From Rhina ancylostomus (Eukaryota), in assembly GCA_030265395.1 (NCBI GenBank), contig JARFYF010000051.1, positions 12,771,711 through 12,835,710 on the forward strand: 64,000 bases of DNA, given 5' to 3'. How positions within the stretch are numbered: position 1 is the first letter of the stretch; the number at the start of each line of letters is the position of its first letter. A program made the translations under genes and the position numbers. Under the pieces are notes generated by a model. The model saw nothing but the letters and a program-made list of their open reading frames with translations. It did no database searches and was not told the origin of the DNA. Shown one piece after another: positions 25,766 through 39,252 of the stretch.

Positions 25766-26545
25766 GTATTGTCCAAATCAAAAGACAAAATATTAGCTGA
25801 TAGAAATGTTGCTTGAAGTTGATTTTATGCACACGTTACTTTCAATTGATGTTATATAATCAGTTTCTTCTAATATTTTGCTATTGCTTGCAATCTTTGG
25901 ACATTTCAAAATATTTTTCACTTACTTATTTATCTCCAAGCAATAGAATCTTGAATTATGATGATATTATGTTGTCTCTAAAAGTCAACATTTCTAATTT
26001 TATCCTTGATGTCCGTGTAAATTAAATTCAGCATTGCTGAGAAAACAGGTGTTCAATCCTCTACAAGATTTTCTAATTATAAAATCTTATTTTCTTCCAA
26101 ATGGCCTATGGCTTTTACTTGCCTACAACACAAAATCCCACAAGTTGATAACTAACCAAAGGAGTTCATGGTTCCCAGCTCATTATTGACTCCATTCAAA
26201 ATATCTCCAGGCATTCCAGCTAAGATCAGGAACTCAATACGCATGGAAATCTCAGAATCCAACCAATTCATAGTGCTGCAAGTGGTGGTATCAAAAGAAC
26301 ACAGTTATGTTCTGTACAAGCAAGCAATTATTGTCTTTGTTACAGCTACGTTGTTTTTAAACTGAGCCCCAAAAGCACACGCACTCATGCATAATTATTA
26401 GCAATCTTTCCCAATGGCCCTTAGAGACCTCTTTACACCTCAGATACCCAAAAATAGACATCCATTTTCCATGTCCACTTGTTATTTAATTTTCTGTCCT
26501 GTCTCTACATCCTTATCACTTGTTTGAAGGAAATAATTTAGCTCA

Positions 26546-26754
26546 GGTATTGGTTTATTATTGTCACTTGTATCGAGCTACAGTGAAAAACTTGCCTTGC
26601 ATACTGATCGTACAGGTCAATTCATTACACAGTGCAGTTACATTAAGTTAGTGCAGAGTCCATCGACGTAGTACAGATAAAAACAATAACAGTACAAAGT
26701 GTCACAGCTACAGAGAAAGTGCAGTGCAATAAGGTGCAAGGTCACAACAAGGTA
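26546..26754 (-). mobile_element. Rex1/Babar LINE 3' end running into a 369-N gap
   Basis: Near-identical to 24205-24450. Confidence 0.85.
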
Positions 26755-28789
26755 NNNNNNNNNNNNNNNNNNNNNNNNNNNNNNNNNNNNNNNNNNNNNN
26801 NNNNNNNNNNNNNNNNNNNNNNNNNNNNNNNNNNNNNNNNNNNNNNNNNNNNNNNNNNNNNNNNNNNNNNNNNNNNNNNNNNNNNNNNNNNNNNNNNNNN
26901 NNNNNNNNNNNNNNNNNNNNNNNNNNNNNNNNNNNNNNNNNNNNNNNNNNNNNNNNNNNNNNNNNNNNNNNNNNNNNNNNNNNNNNNNNNNNNNNNNNNN
27001 NNNNNNNNNNNNNNNNNNNNNNNNNNNNNNNNNNNNNNNNNNNNNNNNNNNNNNNNNNNNNNNNNNNNNNNNNNNNNNNNNNNNNNNNNNNNNNNNNNNN
27101 NNNNNNNNNNNNNNNNNNNNNNNGACCACCTGGCAATACCAAAGGTAGCAAATTGATTGCACTTGGAAACAAATGCTCAGCACACTGAATTCAATAAGAA
27201 TATCAGTCACATTGGATCATACAGCACATCTAAACAAACACATCAAGGAGGAGAGAAAATTTGACAAGACTATGCAGATGTACTTCAATCTCCTTTTGGA
27301 ATGATACATTCTGTTATTATTTTGATATATTCTGTTTTTTTATATAATTGTAATTAACCACACAGTTCAGAGCAATTTGAGAAGGATTAGAGCGGATGTT
27401 GTTTGGAACATGGGAGCTTCTTTATAGTGTAGATTGAAGAGCGGGGAGATGAAATAATGAGGGACTGTAGCCCCACGTCCAGCAGGAGGATGAAATTACA
27501 CTGTGACATGTTTACAAAGTCAATTGTCATTATAAATATGTGAATATGAATTTGTAATGGGCTGTAAATTGACAAATTAGATGTACATACAGATATAAGA
27601 TTTTTTATTCTTTTGTGTTGGTAGTTGAATAAACTCGAAGGTCAGAGTGTCTTTCAAATTACTGAGGTTCTATATTTCTTTGTTATCAGTGCTATGTTGA
27701 GAGGTAGTGCATTAGAAGGAAAGCAGGATAAATAATATACTAATATTTACTCAGCATCCAGCTTAAATTAAATTTAAAAAAGGCAAAGCATGCATATTGT
27801 AGCATCACAAGATGGTGAACAATTTTTATGCAAGTTATACCTTTATTAAGAGTACTGCTTAAACTAAGTGTTTAAATCATTCCAAATAACCTTTAAATCA
27901 GAAACAAATCTTTCCACTGTTTCTTTTACAAAGTTCATTCAAAATGCAGAATAAAAATTTGTTGCTCAAGAAATGTATTGCTGTGTCTTGCAGGATTCCA
28001 TTGGAAGCAGTGTTTTGCATGTAAGATCTCTTAAGGAGTATTCTACCTGAAAATATTTTTGTAAAATAGAATTATGTAATACATGTTTAACAGTTTATGT
28101 CCAGATTTCTAAATGCTCTGTATTATTCTTTTATTTTGTATCAAAAAGATACTTCAGTGGTAATAATGCAGAGGACAAAATATTGCAAATCATATGTGTA
28201 TCTTATTGCAAAATGGGGTACTACAGCAGGATAAGAAGGATCATAATTATGTTATACTTTACATTACACTTGCAGATTGAGGATGCCTTTGTGAGATGGT
28301 GTTGATATATAATTACAATGCAGGCAGTAATCTCAGAACATTATTGACAGAAGCTTTGTGCAGTGGTTATTGTGTGTTTTGAAGAATTGTTTGGAAAAGA
28401 CCAGAAAACACCAAACAGAGGCTTGAGCTATCATTAAACCTGAGATTAAAGAAGCAAAAGAACTGAGAATAGGAAATTTACTTTTCTGTAACTTTAATTT
28501 CAAGAATTCATTCTGGGCTTCAAATATCAGAGCACAGAAAAACCCTCTTGTATGATTTGTATTACTCTGTGCCAGTCACTTTTTTTTCACAAATGGATTC
28601 TGGTTTCTCACAAAGTAATTGAAGATTGGAGAGTACAGTAAACCACAGAACCAGAAATTATCTTTGTTACTCCTACACAGATTGAACAAAATTAGCCATG
28701 ATAGACAACGTACTTCTTGTGCTACTGAAGACCTGCACTTAAGAACCAGCCATGCATCTAGAACAAGCTGTTCCATTACAGTTGCAGCA

Positions 28790-29490
28790 CTAGCATCTGT
28801 ACAACAATGTGGAACTATGTCCAGCTATGTCGGTTCACAAAAATCAGGGCAGATCCAATGCTGTTAATTATCACCTAATTAGTCTACTCGCAATCCTCAA
28901 CAGGATGATGAAAAGTGTCACAATTATCCATTGTGCGATCAAGCAACACTTTATTCATCAATAGTCTGCTTACTGATGCCCAGGATTCCTCGACTCCAGA
29001 CTTCATCAATAGCCTTGGTCCAAAGATGGACCAGAAAACTGAATAGCACAAGGGGGCTGATAGTGACGGCTCATGACATCAAAGCAGCATTTGGCCTAAT
29101 GTGGCATCACGGAGCTCAAGGAAAACTGAAGTCAATGGCTACGAAAGGAATAACAGTCCAATACTTTATTCCACATGAAGGAAGATGACCTAGAACCACA
29201 TTCAGCTATTTTGTCAATGAACTTCCTTGCATTATAAGGTGAAAAGCAGCCCAGATCTGCATACAATAAGGCCCAGAAAACATTCAGGCATAGCTGACAA
29301 GTGACAAGAAACATGAAACATTCAGGCCACAAAAGAGAAAAAAACACCAGCCTTTGACATTCAATAGTATTAACGTCGCCAAGTTTTCCATTGTTGATAT
29401 CCTGGTCGGGGATTAGCAGAAAGTAAAAATTCAACTTGACCAGATGCTTAAGTACACTGGCTACAAGAGATCAGAGGCTGGAATCTTATG
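28790..29490 (+). mobile_element. LINE (CR1/L2/Jockey-group) RT fragment
   Basis: ALVQRWTRKLNSTRGLIVTAHDIKAAFGLMWHHGAQGKLKSM corresponds to the ALDIKAAFDRVWH.G...KL RT motif. Resumes at ~29835-29920. Confidence 0.8.
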
Positions 29491-29494
29491 ATGA

Positions 29495-29830
29495 AGACTG
29501 TGAGAGAGACAGGGCAGATAGGCAAAATCTTTTTCCCATAGTTGGGGATAATAAAAATAGGCATAGGTTTAAGGTGAGAGGAAGGAGTTTTAAGGGAATC
29601 TGAGGGATAGGTTTTTTTTAAGAGCGGTAAATAACTGGAACACGCTGCCAGATGAGGTGGTGGAACTGTAGTTACTAGAGTTAAGAGGCATTTAGACAGA
29701 CACTTAAATAGGCAAGTCGTGGAAGGATATGGCCCTAATGTTGGCAAATAGAATTAGTGTAGATGGGCAAAAAGACGTCAGCATGGACGTAGTGGGCCAT
29801 TTCTGTGCTGTACAACTCTGTGATTCCATG
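29495..29830 (+). mobile_element. CR1 3' end nested in an older LINE
   Basis: GHRFKVRGR..GNLR..FF, then 3' UTR ending ttctgtgctgtacaactctgtgattccatga. Confidence 0.85.
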
Positions 29831-29924
29831 AGTGATTCAGTACTTAACACCCCAGACCCCTTCCACCATGTAGAAGACACAAATCAGGGGTGTAGTGGAA
29901 TACTCTCCAATTTCCTGAAAGAAC

Positions 29925-30630
29925 ATACCCAATTGGAATATAATGTGGGGAAATATGAATTTGTCCATTTTGGCAGGAAAGATTTGAATGAAACAAACCT
30001 GTTAACTAAATGATAAGAGATTGCAGAGCTCTAAGACGGCTCCCCAAGTGCATGATTTACAAAAAGCTGGTTGCAGGTACAACCAGTGATTTGCAAAGCT
30101 AACAATGTTATTGTTTATTGCTTGGAGAATTAAATACAAAAGTATTGAGGCTATGCTTCATTTCCAAAGGCCATTGATGGACCTCAAGTACCGGTCTCCT
30201 TAAAAAGGATCTGATTGTGTTGAGAATGTGTTACCTTGTGATGAAAGGTTGGACAGGTTCGGCTTGTATCAGTTGAAGTTTAGAAGGGTGAGAGGCAAGT
30301 TAATAGAGGGAAAATGACAGGCTGGATGTAGAAAAAATGTTTCTCTTGTGAGAGAATCTATAGCTGGGGGTCACTGTTCAAAAATAATGAGTCACCCATT
30401 TGAAACAGAGATGAGGTAAAACTTTTGCAATTTTCTTCTTCAAAGGGCTGTGGAAACAGTCTTTGAATATTTTTAAGGCCGAGACAGATACTTGATGAGA
30501 AAGATGAAAGGTTACTGCAGGTAGACAGGTTTGCAGAGTTGTTACCAACATATTAGCCCTGATCTTATTTGAAGGCTGAGCTTGATTGCCTGAGTGGTCT
30601 ACTACTGATCCTAATTTGCATGTTTGTATA
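29925..30630 (+). mobile_element. CR1 3' fragment (second subfamily)
   Basis: QLEYNVGKYEFVHFGRK, gggggtcactgttcaaaaataa, and a tail ending tggtctactactgatcctaatttgcatgtttgtat. Confidence 0.8.
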
Positions 30631-31809
30631 TCTGCTATTCAACTCTGACCAGCTTCCAGCTGCAAATAATTTGATATGTTAGATATAAATATTGTAAACT
30701 TTTCCCCCTGTATTAAAATTCTGTTATTTCCACCCTTAAATTGTTCCAAAAAATCTTATTTTTGTTCATTGTGGTGCAATTGGCCACAAAAATTCAATTA
30801 GAAGAAATCAGCTGATGAAATATGTATCATCTATTTTCAGCATTTTTTATCTTATTCGTTACCTGGACAATTTCTTCTCATCAAAGACCAAATTAATGAG
30901 ACATCTTTCCAAGTTAAGCTTGCCTTTGGCTGCACTTTGTTTTATTCTCATGATGTCTAAGGTTAATGAATTTGTATTGGCAATAAGAAAGATAAGTTTC
31001 ACAGGTTAGTTTTACTTTAATTATATCTTGGTAGCAGTAAATAAATAATAAATAATGTCTATTGTTTAATGCATTAAAAAGGTAGAAATTATTTAGTTGT
31101 TAACCTTTCTGGTTAATCAATTCTTGATTCAAATACCCCAATTATAAGTCGCACCAATTAGATCTAGTTTATAATTGAAATGATTTATATAAGTATTTAT
31201 TATCTAAACATCAAACATTAAGTCAATTATATTTTAGGTGATGAGTTCAATCATTAAAATCACCTTTGATTACCCAATCTATTTAGGATCCTTTAAACTA
31301 GCCTAGAGTATAGGTGACCTTAATAGTCTGACCTTTGACATCAACCTTGTAATAACTTATTCATCTGAAGGCAGCAATGAGGCAGTGTGAGATCACAAAA
31401 GGATTTAAAGTCAAGGTTGTGGATTTTAAATTCAATCCATTGAGCGATGGTTGAGTCAGCACATGTCAGGGATTTCAGATGAGAAGCTGTTCAGAAAAGG
31501 CAGCTGTGTTCTGAACTGTGTTTAGAAGAGCTGTGGCTGACAAGAAGGACACTGGAGAAGACAAATCTATATGTGGTGCATGTGTTGATAATGCCAAAAG
31601 TATGCAATAGAGGTGGATGGAGTAGTCCACTGAAGATGATAAGGACAACCAAAACAATATGTAATTACGTAGAATTTGAAATTTAAAAGAGCTTTCCATG
31701 GTTTAATATAAACATGTCATCAGCTGGGAACAGTGACTCAGGGATTGGGTCTTACATCCTTTGAGATGCTCCCAAAATACTGAGTGTTGGAGAAGCAATC
31801 TAACAATGC

Positions 31810-31962
31810 AGTCACAATGCTGAAAAGGCTTTTAGACAAGACACTTAAATAGGCAAGGCATAGAAGGATGCAGACTTCATGCAGGCAAATGGGATTAGTA
31901 TAGATGGGTAAACAGGTTGGCATGGACACACATTTCTGTGCTGTACAACTCCATGACTCAAA
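31810..31962 (+). mobile_element. CR1 3' terminus
   Basis: cacttaaataggcaaggcatagaaggat...ttctgtgctgtacaactccatgactc, homologous to 29690-29830. Confidence 0.8.
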
Positions 31963-34717
31963 GAATTGTGATAAAATAACACACACAGCAAATTGGGAAG
32001 TAAAAAATTCAATTTTTAATTACCTTTAAATCGCAAAATACGAAGCAAAGATTGAAATGTACATAGTATTCAGATGGTTAAAATATCTGCAGGATTGATC
32101 AGAGTACTTTAGAGCCAGACCTGTGTGTAAACACCTCGAGGCTTTGTCAGTACATCTTATTCCATTTAAATGCATTGGTGCAGGATGTAAAACAGCAGAG
32201 AAAATGGGACCACACTTATCTCCTTATTAAAATGCACATGTGCTGAAGTCTCAGAATTGCTTTCTGATGTAGGGGGAAAAGAAACGATGGTTTTGCCATC
32301 ATCACAACCAGAATATCCAGTCTATTTATCTATGAAAACATTGGCCAAGTCAGAAAACATTGGCCCAGCCTTTAAAAATAGGGAGGAGAAATGCTTCAGG
32401 ATACGCAAACATGTTTAAGTAGAGCTGCATGAGCCACCCATACTCATTNNNNNNNNNNNNNNNNGGCAGTAAAATTCCGATGTGTGCTATTGAATTGTCA
32501 ATCCCAGGCCTCGTTTGCACAAACTGCACATGATCCCAAAGTCAGACGCAAAGTACAACTTTGGCTCTACAATCACCCACCTTAGCAGGGTACAATCATG
32601 GTGCAACCACTGCCACAATTCCCAGCTCCCGTGGCAGCTTCAGGACAGATTTTTCCTCCAGCGGAGTGAGGAGTAGTAAGATTCAGTTGTTAGCACAATT
32701 GACCTCTGCATTCCAATGTGCCACCTTGAAGGCAGCAAGGATGTCTCAGTAATGAAGAGTATCTCTGTGGTGTAATAGACCCTGGCTACCTGATATAACC
32801 CCACCATATCTGTCCCATGAGGGTCATTGGGACTGCATCTTGCCAGCCTGGCTCATGATTTTATCCAGGGCCTTCTTACTACCTTAGAAGGTAACTTAGT
32901 AACCATTCAGAATTTCAGGAGCATTTATTTGGTATTTCAACCTTCAATAGATCAATAATGTGCTTAAGGTAGTTACATTAACAGTGATAAGTTGGGTTTG
33001 AAAATAATGATGAGATCATGCTGGGCTTGGGTTTTATTTTAGTTTCATGCCCAAGAAGCCCTTAATAACATAACACTTGGATGTAATATGCGCAAATAGA
33101 TTCCATTTGCAAATAATATTTCCTAGTGAATAAAATTCATACATGTTTGTACCCTTGTTGAATGATTTAAAAGTCTTATTCATGATCGCAAATGTATTAG
33201 TAATAAATGGGCTCCACTGAACATTTATTCAGATGGTTTATAATTCTTGATGTGAGATAATCTTGACATTTATGTTATTTTTTAAAAATGTTTCCTTGCA
33301 TGCAATAGCATTTAAAAGCACTTAACTCTCTTGAAATCCCAATGTTTCATGCTGTCAGTTTCTATGTCCTTTGCTGATCTATGGGAGGGAGCAAGCTGCC
33401 AAAACAGGAGGATATTTATTACAAGAGATTTCCATGAACAGATGCCGTCGCTTCAGGGGCTTGTGCTGTGTGACTGCATAGTTTAATTGCTGGTGAAAAT
33501 GCCACTGATCTTAATGCTGTTGAACACCATTTGGTTATTGGGTCTCAACAAGCTGGAATCTTCCAGCATATATATCGGTAGCACACTCTTGCAGTTTATG
33601 TGCAATTACAGGGTTTAAATGTGGCACTGTAGATGTGATGATGCCCTAATTGTTAGGCTGTTAGATACAAAATAATTGTTTGCAATTTTTATTATTCTGG
33701 GTATTTTAGGAGTCTTTTTGACAATGGAGTATTTAGCAAATTTGACAACTGATTGGACATACTGANNNNNNNNNNNNNNNNNNNNNNNNNNNNNNNNNNN
33801 NNNNNNNNNNNNNNNNNNNNNNNNNNNNNNNNNNNNNNNNNNNNNNNNNNNNNNNNNNNNNNNNNTGGACATACTGAAAGAAGGAAAGCCAAGTGATTGG
33901 TATATTTTTGCATAGGATATGTGGCACAGAAACAGACCCTTTGGACTAATTGTTGCACGTAGGCATTTATGCTCCATTAGAATCTGCTATTGTCTTTCTT
34001 CTTCCCTGTCTGTCAGTGTAATCCTCTAGCAGGCTGTAGACTCATCCCAATCCTCATCTGACTGGTATATTTGGAATCCTCTGGACTCAAGTCAGCTAAC
34101 TGAGCTCTATTAAGCCACAGTTACATTTGCATCACTAATTAAGTATTTCTGTCATCTTCAAGGTGGAATATTCTTGAACCTGTACTCTTCAGATGATCTA
34201 CCATCTCCTACCATCGATTAATTTCAAAACTGTGCTGTTTGCATCTGAAAACACACTGTGACTTTGGTGTGTATGCTATCTTTCAGTCTGCCAACATAGT
34301 GATTTTAAAATATTCAGTTTCTCCATCACTTTGCTGATTTATTACTGTACAGAGTAACATAGAAATAGCAGAGAGAGGCTATGTGGCTCTTTGAACTTGT
34401 TCTGCCAATAAGTAATGTCATAACTAATCATGCATACACTTCTTACTCTTCTCCCATATTTCTGGATTCCCTTTGTATCAAAAAAAAGAAATTTTGACCT
34501 TCAGCCATCTGTTTATGCATGCACAAGTGCCTCCACCCTCCCATTGGTAACCTGTGAGCTTTTGAATTCTACTAAAGTTATGTTTATTCATATATTGGAA
34601 GGGAAGCCACTTAATCCATCAGGTCTCTTGGAATAATTCCACCAATCCCATCCCCTATCTATTCCCCAAACTTTTCCCGAAACGTCTCCATATCTCATCT
34701 CCATATTTCCTTCTCTT

Positions 34718-35050
34718 AGAGTCATAGAGAGCAGAAACAAGCTCTTCAGCCCACCAGGTCAACCATCAAGTAAGGATCTATACTAATCCCATTTACCAGC
34801 ACTTGGGTCATAGCCTTCAATGCCTTGGCTATTCATGTGCTCATCCAGATACTTTTTAAATGTTGTCCTAGTACCTTCCTCCACCACCTTCTCAGGCAGT
34901 GCATTCCAGATTGCAACCACCCTTTGGGTGAAAACATTTTCTTCTCAGATGCCAAATAAACCTCTTGCTCCTCTCCTTAAACCTATACCCCTGGTTTCTT
35001 CATTGTGGGGAAATGTTTCTCACTATCCATCTATCTATGCCCCTCATAAT
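34718..35050 (-). mobile_element. CR1 3' end
   Basis: tagagtcatagaga..gaaacaagctcttcagccc tail plus accaccttctcaggcagtgcattccagattgcaaccaccctttgggtgaaaa. Confidence 0.85.
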
Positions 35051-36427
35051 TTTCCTTTTGCTCCCTTACATTTTTTGACCATTTAGTCAAATGCTAATAT
35101 TGCCATGTTTTTGTCTGATTTAAATTTCAGTGATGCGTCTTGGGATGTCCAACTTTAGCTCTTTGCTGTCGTTGATAATTTCTGTACCACTGACGTTAGG
35201 TGGCGCTACATCAGATTAATAAGTCCGCTTTCTTGAATTTAAAAAATTAGTTGACCTGAAAATTTGAGCTGGATCAGGCTGACTTTTGCTAGCAGTTCCA
35301 TTCAGAACCGCCGGCACTCAGATGTTGCAACAGAAGTTCCTGAATTCGAAACTCTTCTGTCTACATCTGAACACAAGTTGTGACTCTGTCCACTCTAACC
35401 TACACTGGCTTTCAATCAACCATTTTAAATTGATTTTAAAATTCTGAACCTCTCCATCACTTTGCTGACTAATTTCCATACAAAAATACGTATGAAAGAA
35501 CATAGGAAATGGGAGCAGAGAAAGGCCATGTGGCTGCCCAAACCTGTTCCACCATTAAGTGAGATCGCAATTTATACTTGGAAGTCGGGACTTAAGATAT
35601 GTGTAGTTAGTTAGAGTCCACTAGAAGGATTCAGGCTTGTTGGGATTACCCAGTATTAACTTGCGAAAGGCCTTTCCTGTCGTGCATGAAATCAGACCTG
35701 AAGCAGAAGCTGTGATCTCAATTATTTCATGGTGTTCGTGGAGTAAAGGGCAAGTTAGTTCTTAAATTACTTTAAAGTTTTTCAATTGTTGTTTTTAGTT
35801 AACTTTTATTTTTTTATTTTAAATTATTGGCTTCAATTTTGACTTCATGCCACTGAACATGACGTTTAAAATCTATCAAAAATCAACAGCTACTTGCAGT
35901 TGGCAAATGGCTTTCTCACCTACTCTGCTGGCTGTCAAAACCTTTAAGGGGAGGATGGGGCCTCAGTATTGTGTCACCTGAGACTCGGATACCATCCAAA
36001 CCACAGCATGGAATCCAAGGTGTGGAAGACAAATGAAATAGGACCAGTGCTGGTATGTGGGGTTTGGGTGGACTGAAGGCCAGCACAATCCAACCTAGTT
36101 GTTAATTATAAAGTGCTGCCAAATAGAAATCCTCAAAGGGAAAGACATCATTTGATCATAGATTACACCAAAGAGGAACTTCAACAGATATACAGGATGG
36201 ATGTGTTTCTGAAACATATAATCAAGATCTTACTAAAATTCAAATGAGATATTAAAGTAGAATACTTGACCCAATTGTCTTGTGAATATTCAGTGGACGA
36301 CACATTGAAGATGTGGACCGATGGGTTTTTGGTAATGACAGAGCAAAGGAATGTGGCGTTGGGTTAGGAAGTAACATAGAAGCTCAGCCATTTCTTAGAA
36401 ATTTGTAATCATTTAAAATCTTGTGTT

Positions 36428-36800
36428 AGCTGTGGCTGAATGATCGCACGCTCACCTTGAGCACTGAGGAAGCATTTTACTTTTAGCAGGGCCTTTTCTT
36501 TCATGAGGCATTAAAGCAAGCCCCCATATAACATAGCTATAAAAGATTGCTTTGCAGCATTTTGAAGAAGAGCAAGAGAGCTCTCCCTAATGCCCTGACC
36601 AATATTTATCCCTCAGCAACATCCGAAAATCGCATCATCTGGTTGTGATCACATTACTGTTTGTGAGGCCCTGCTTTATGCAAATTAGCTTTCACATGTC
36701 CGACATTTTGACGAACCTCAGATGTACTTAATTGGCCATGAAGTGTTTCAGGTTGTTCTGAGGTCACACATAATACTACATAAATCTAAGTCGTCTTTAA
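36428..36800 (+). mobile_element. Deu-domain SINE
   Basis: A-box-like head agctgtggctgaatgatcgcac; Deu core tttgaagaagagcaagagagctctccctaatgccctgaccaatatttatccctc; L2-like tail. Confidence 0.75.
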
Positions 36801-38234
36801 GACCGAGCCTGGGGTATTGTTTGTCATTTTGTGCTTCGCACACAATCAGAAAAGTCAGAAATCATGAATTGCTAGGTCGACATGAGGCCTTTTGAGGCCA
36901 TGCTTATTCCTGGTCTGTCTACCATGTTCATTGGACCTCAGGTGGATCTATCTGGTTAGTTGGACACACATTCCCTTGCTTAATGGCAACAGATGTTGGC
37001 TGAAAAATATAGTTTGCTTAAAAACAGCCCTATTAAACGATAGAGTAGGCTTGCTAAGTATTTAGGACAGCTCTCTGAGTATGATGGATGCAGAGTTGAC
37101 TGAACTGGGATGGTCTGAGTCTTGTCCTGATATGATTGCTTGCATATTTACAAAAAACAATCCATCATTTATTTTACTGTCCTCTATATTGTTTACAACT
37201 CTGGCATATTGTATCAGCAGCGATATCCAGGGCTACTTGCATTGTGGGTCTGGAATCAACTTGTAGGTGAAGGTAACGTCACAAGATATTGCCTTACCTA
37301 GAACCTTATGCTTAGACATCTTGCTGCCAATGTGCAGAATGTTCTTCATCTACCAATGGATATGTAATTGGAATAATCTGTGCCACAGTATCGCATTAAG
37401 GCCAGTGAAATCAGAACCCAATTCCTTTGTGTTGACCCCTCTGACAACCTCTGCCTTTCTAACATAACACTGTCATAACTGTTAAGAGAATGCAAAAGAA
37501 ATCTGGATGTGAGCAACACAGCTCCCTAATTCAGTAATGCATTTATTGGCATATTTCAAACATTCATTGTTATCTATTAAAAAATAAGATTGATGGTAGG
37601 ATTGCACAGAAAGAGCTGTTGCCATGGTAATGCATTGGCTTGGTTAAACATGTTGTGCTGTGCTTTATCACCAGTCAAAGTTGTCAGCAGCTGCCACTAT
37701 ATGTAGACCTGATTGCATAAAGGTGTCATGTCCCCTCCTGTTAGGAAAATGAGTGAACAAAATTTTTTTATGACAATCCCAGCTTTCAGGTTCATTTTCT
37801 GATGCTACCCCACAAATTAACAGATTTGTTAATATCACACTTTGTCTTGATTTGATTTGACCTCTAGTTTTGCTGGTGCAATGCCTAGCTGCTATGCCAT
37901 CATACTGAATTTAGTTACTATGGAGCTTTACTGAAGGGTCTCGTGGCCCATTATTTGCTATCCGATGAAGTTATAGCATAGAAGGCACCCCATGTCCTCT
38001 CTCTCACAATATGCCTTAATTAAGGTGTAATTGTAAGTCCTGTGGCACCCTATCTCATTTGCAGTTTGCATAAGGGTGTAAGTTTCAACAATCTGTCTGC
38101 TTATTCAACTGCAGTTTACAAGTTTTAAAGATGAGAACCAGTCATGTTGACTGGAAATACTTGAAGTTATTTCAACTGGAACACTTGTGGGTCAGTATGG
38201 AGAGTTGATACTGCCAGAATTTTGGAACCTAGAA

Positions 38235-38450
38235 AGACTGTTTTCCCCAGACTTGAGAATGATAATAGGAATTATGATATAAATGTACAAAATATTGATC
38301 AACAACAGAATAATAAGAAACCTGTTTCCAATGGCAGTAAGTTCACCAACCAGAGGAAACCAGCATAATGTATTTTGCAAAAGAATAAGAGGCAACATTA
38401 GGAAAATATTACATAGTGAGATGTGATCTGGAATGTGGTGCCTAAAAGAG
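38235..38450 (+). mobile_element. Degenerate CR1 3' fragment
   Basis: aagaaacctgtttccaatggcagtaagttcaccaaccagaggaaac...atctggaatgtggtgcctaaaag. Confidence 0.6.
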
Positions 38451-38454
38451 CAAT

Positions 38455-38735
38455 AACCATGAGCTCAAATCCCACTACAACCATTGGCAAACTTAAATTC
38501 ACGTCATTAAGTATATCCAGAATTGAAATGCTAGTATTGATAACAGATTTCCATTTCTAACCAAAATCCATTTGGTTTAATGCTAACCTTGGGGAAGTAA
38601 GTTAGCAGTCATTAACCTGCTGTGCTATAACTGTGATCCTAGACCCACCTGTTTCCACTCAGTTCAAATGGAATTTTAGATGGGCAATAAATGGCCATTT
38701 TACCCTGTAACACCCAAATCCTTAGAACAGATCCT
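38455..38735 (+). mobile_element. tRNA-derived SINE (same family as 61740)
   Basis: B-box gagctcaaatccc, core ccatttggtttaatgct..ccttggggaag, tail agatgggcaataaatg. Confidence 0.6.
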
Positions 38736-39064
38736 TAAAAGAAGACACTGAAGGGGTCAAGAGAGTTGGTGAAGAGAGAAAGCTGAATAGCGATAGTATA
38801 TGGGTGAAATCATGATTTAGTCAAGGGCCACGAGAATTGTGGCAATGGAAGAAATCTTTCAGCTACAACCGCTTAGATATGGGGAAATCGCTAATTCTGT
38901 CCAAACTAGCTGCACAATGGTGGAGAGGTGTTGCAGGAAGATATCAACCATTTCAAGTGCTGCAGGAGCCTGGATAATCAAAGCTCCAACAGCACTTGAG
39001 AGCTCAAGACCATTTTGGGAAAACCAAGCCAACTGATCGGAACTTATTCTGCAATTAGCTGTCA

Positions 39065-39252
39065 AGGCCCTGAACTCTGCAGTTCTCCTCATAAACCTCT
39101 CTGCTTGACTTTTATCCTTTGAGAGACTCCTGAAAACCTATATCTTTGACCAATCTTTTGGAGCTTGTTGTCAGGTTTTGTTTAACAACACTCCTTTGAA
39201 GCACTTTGGGATGTTACATGGGGTTAAAGATGGAATAAATGGCAACATGTTC
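39065..39252 (+). mobile_element. L2 3' terminus
   Basis: actcctgaaaacctatatctttgaccaatcttttgg...ctcctttgaagcactttgggatgtt; homologous to 41285-41528. Confidence 0.7.
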
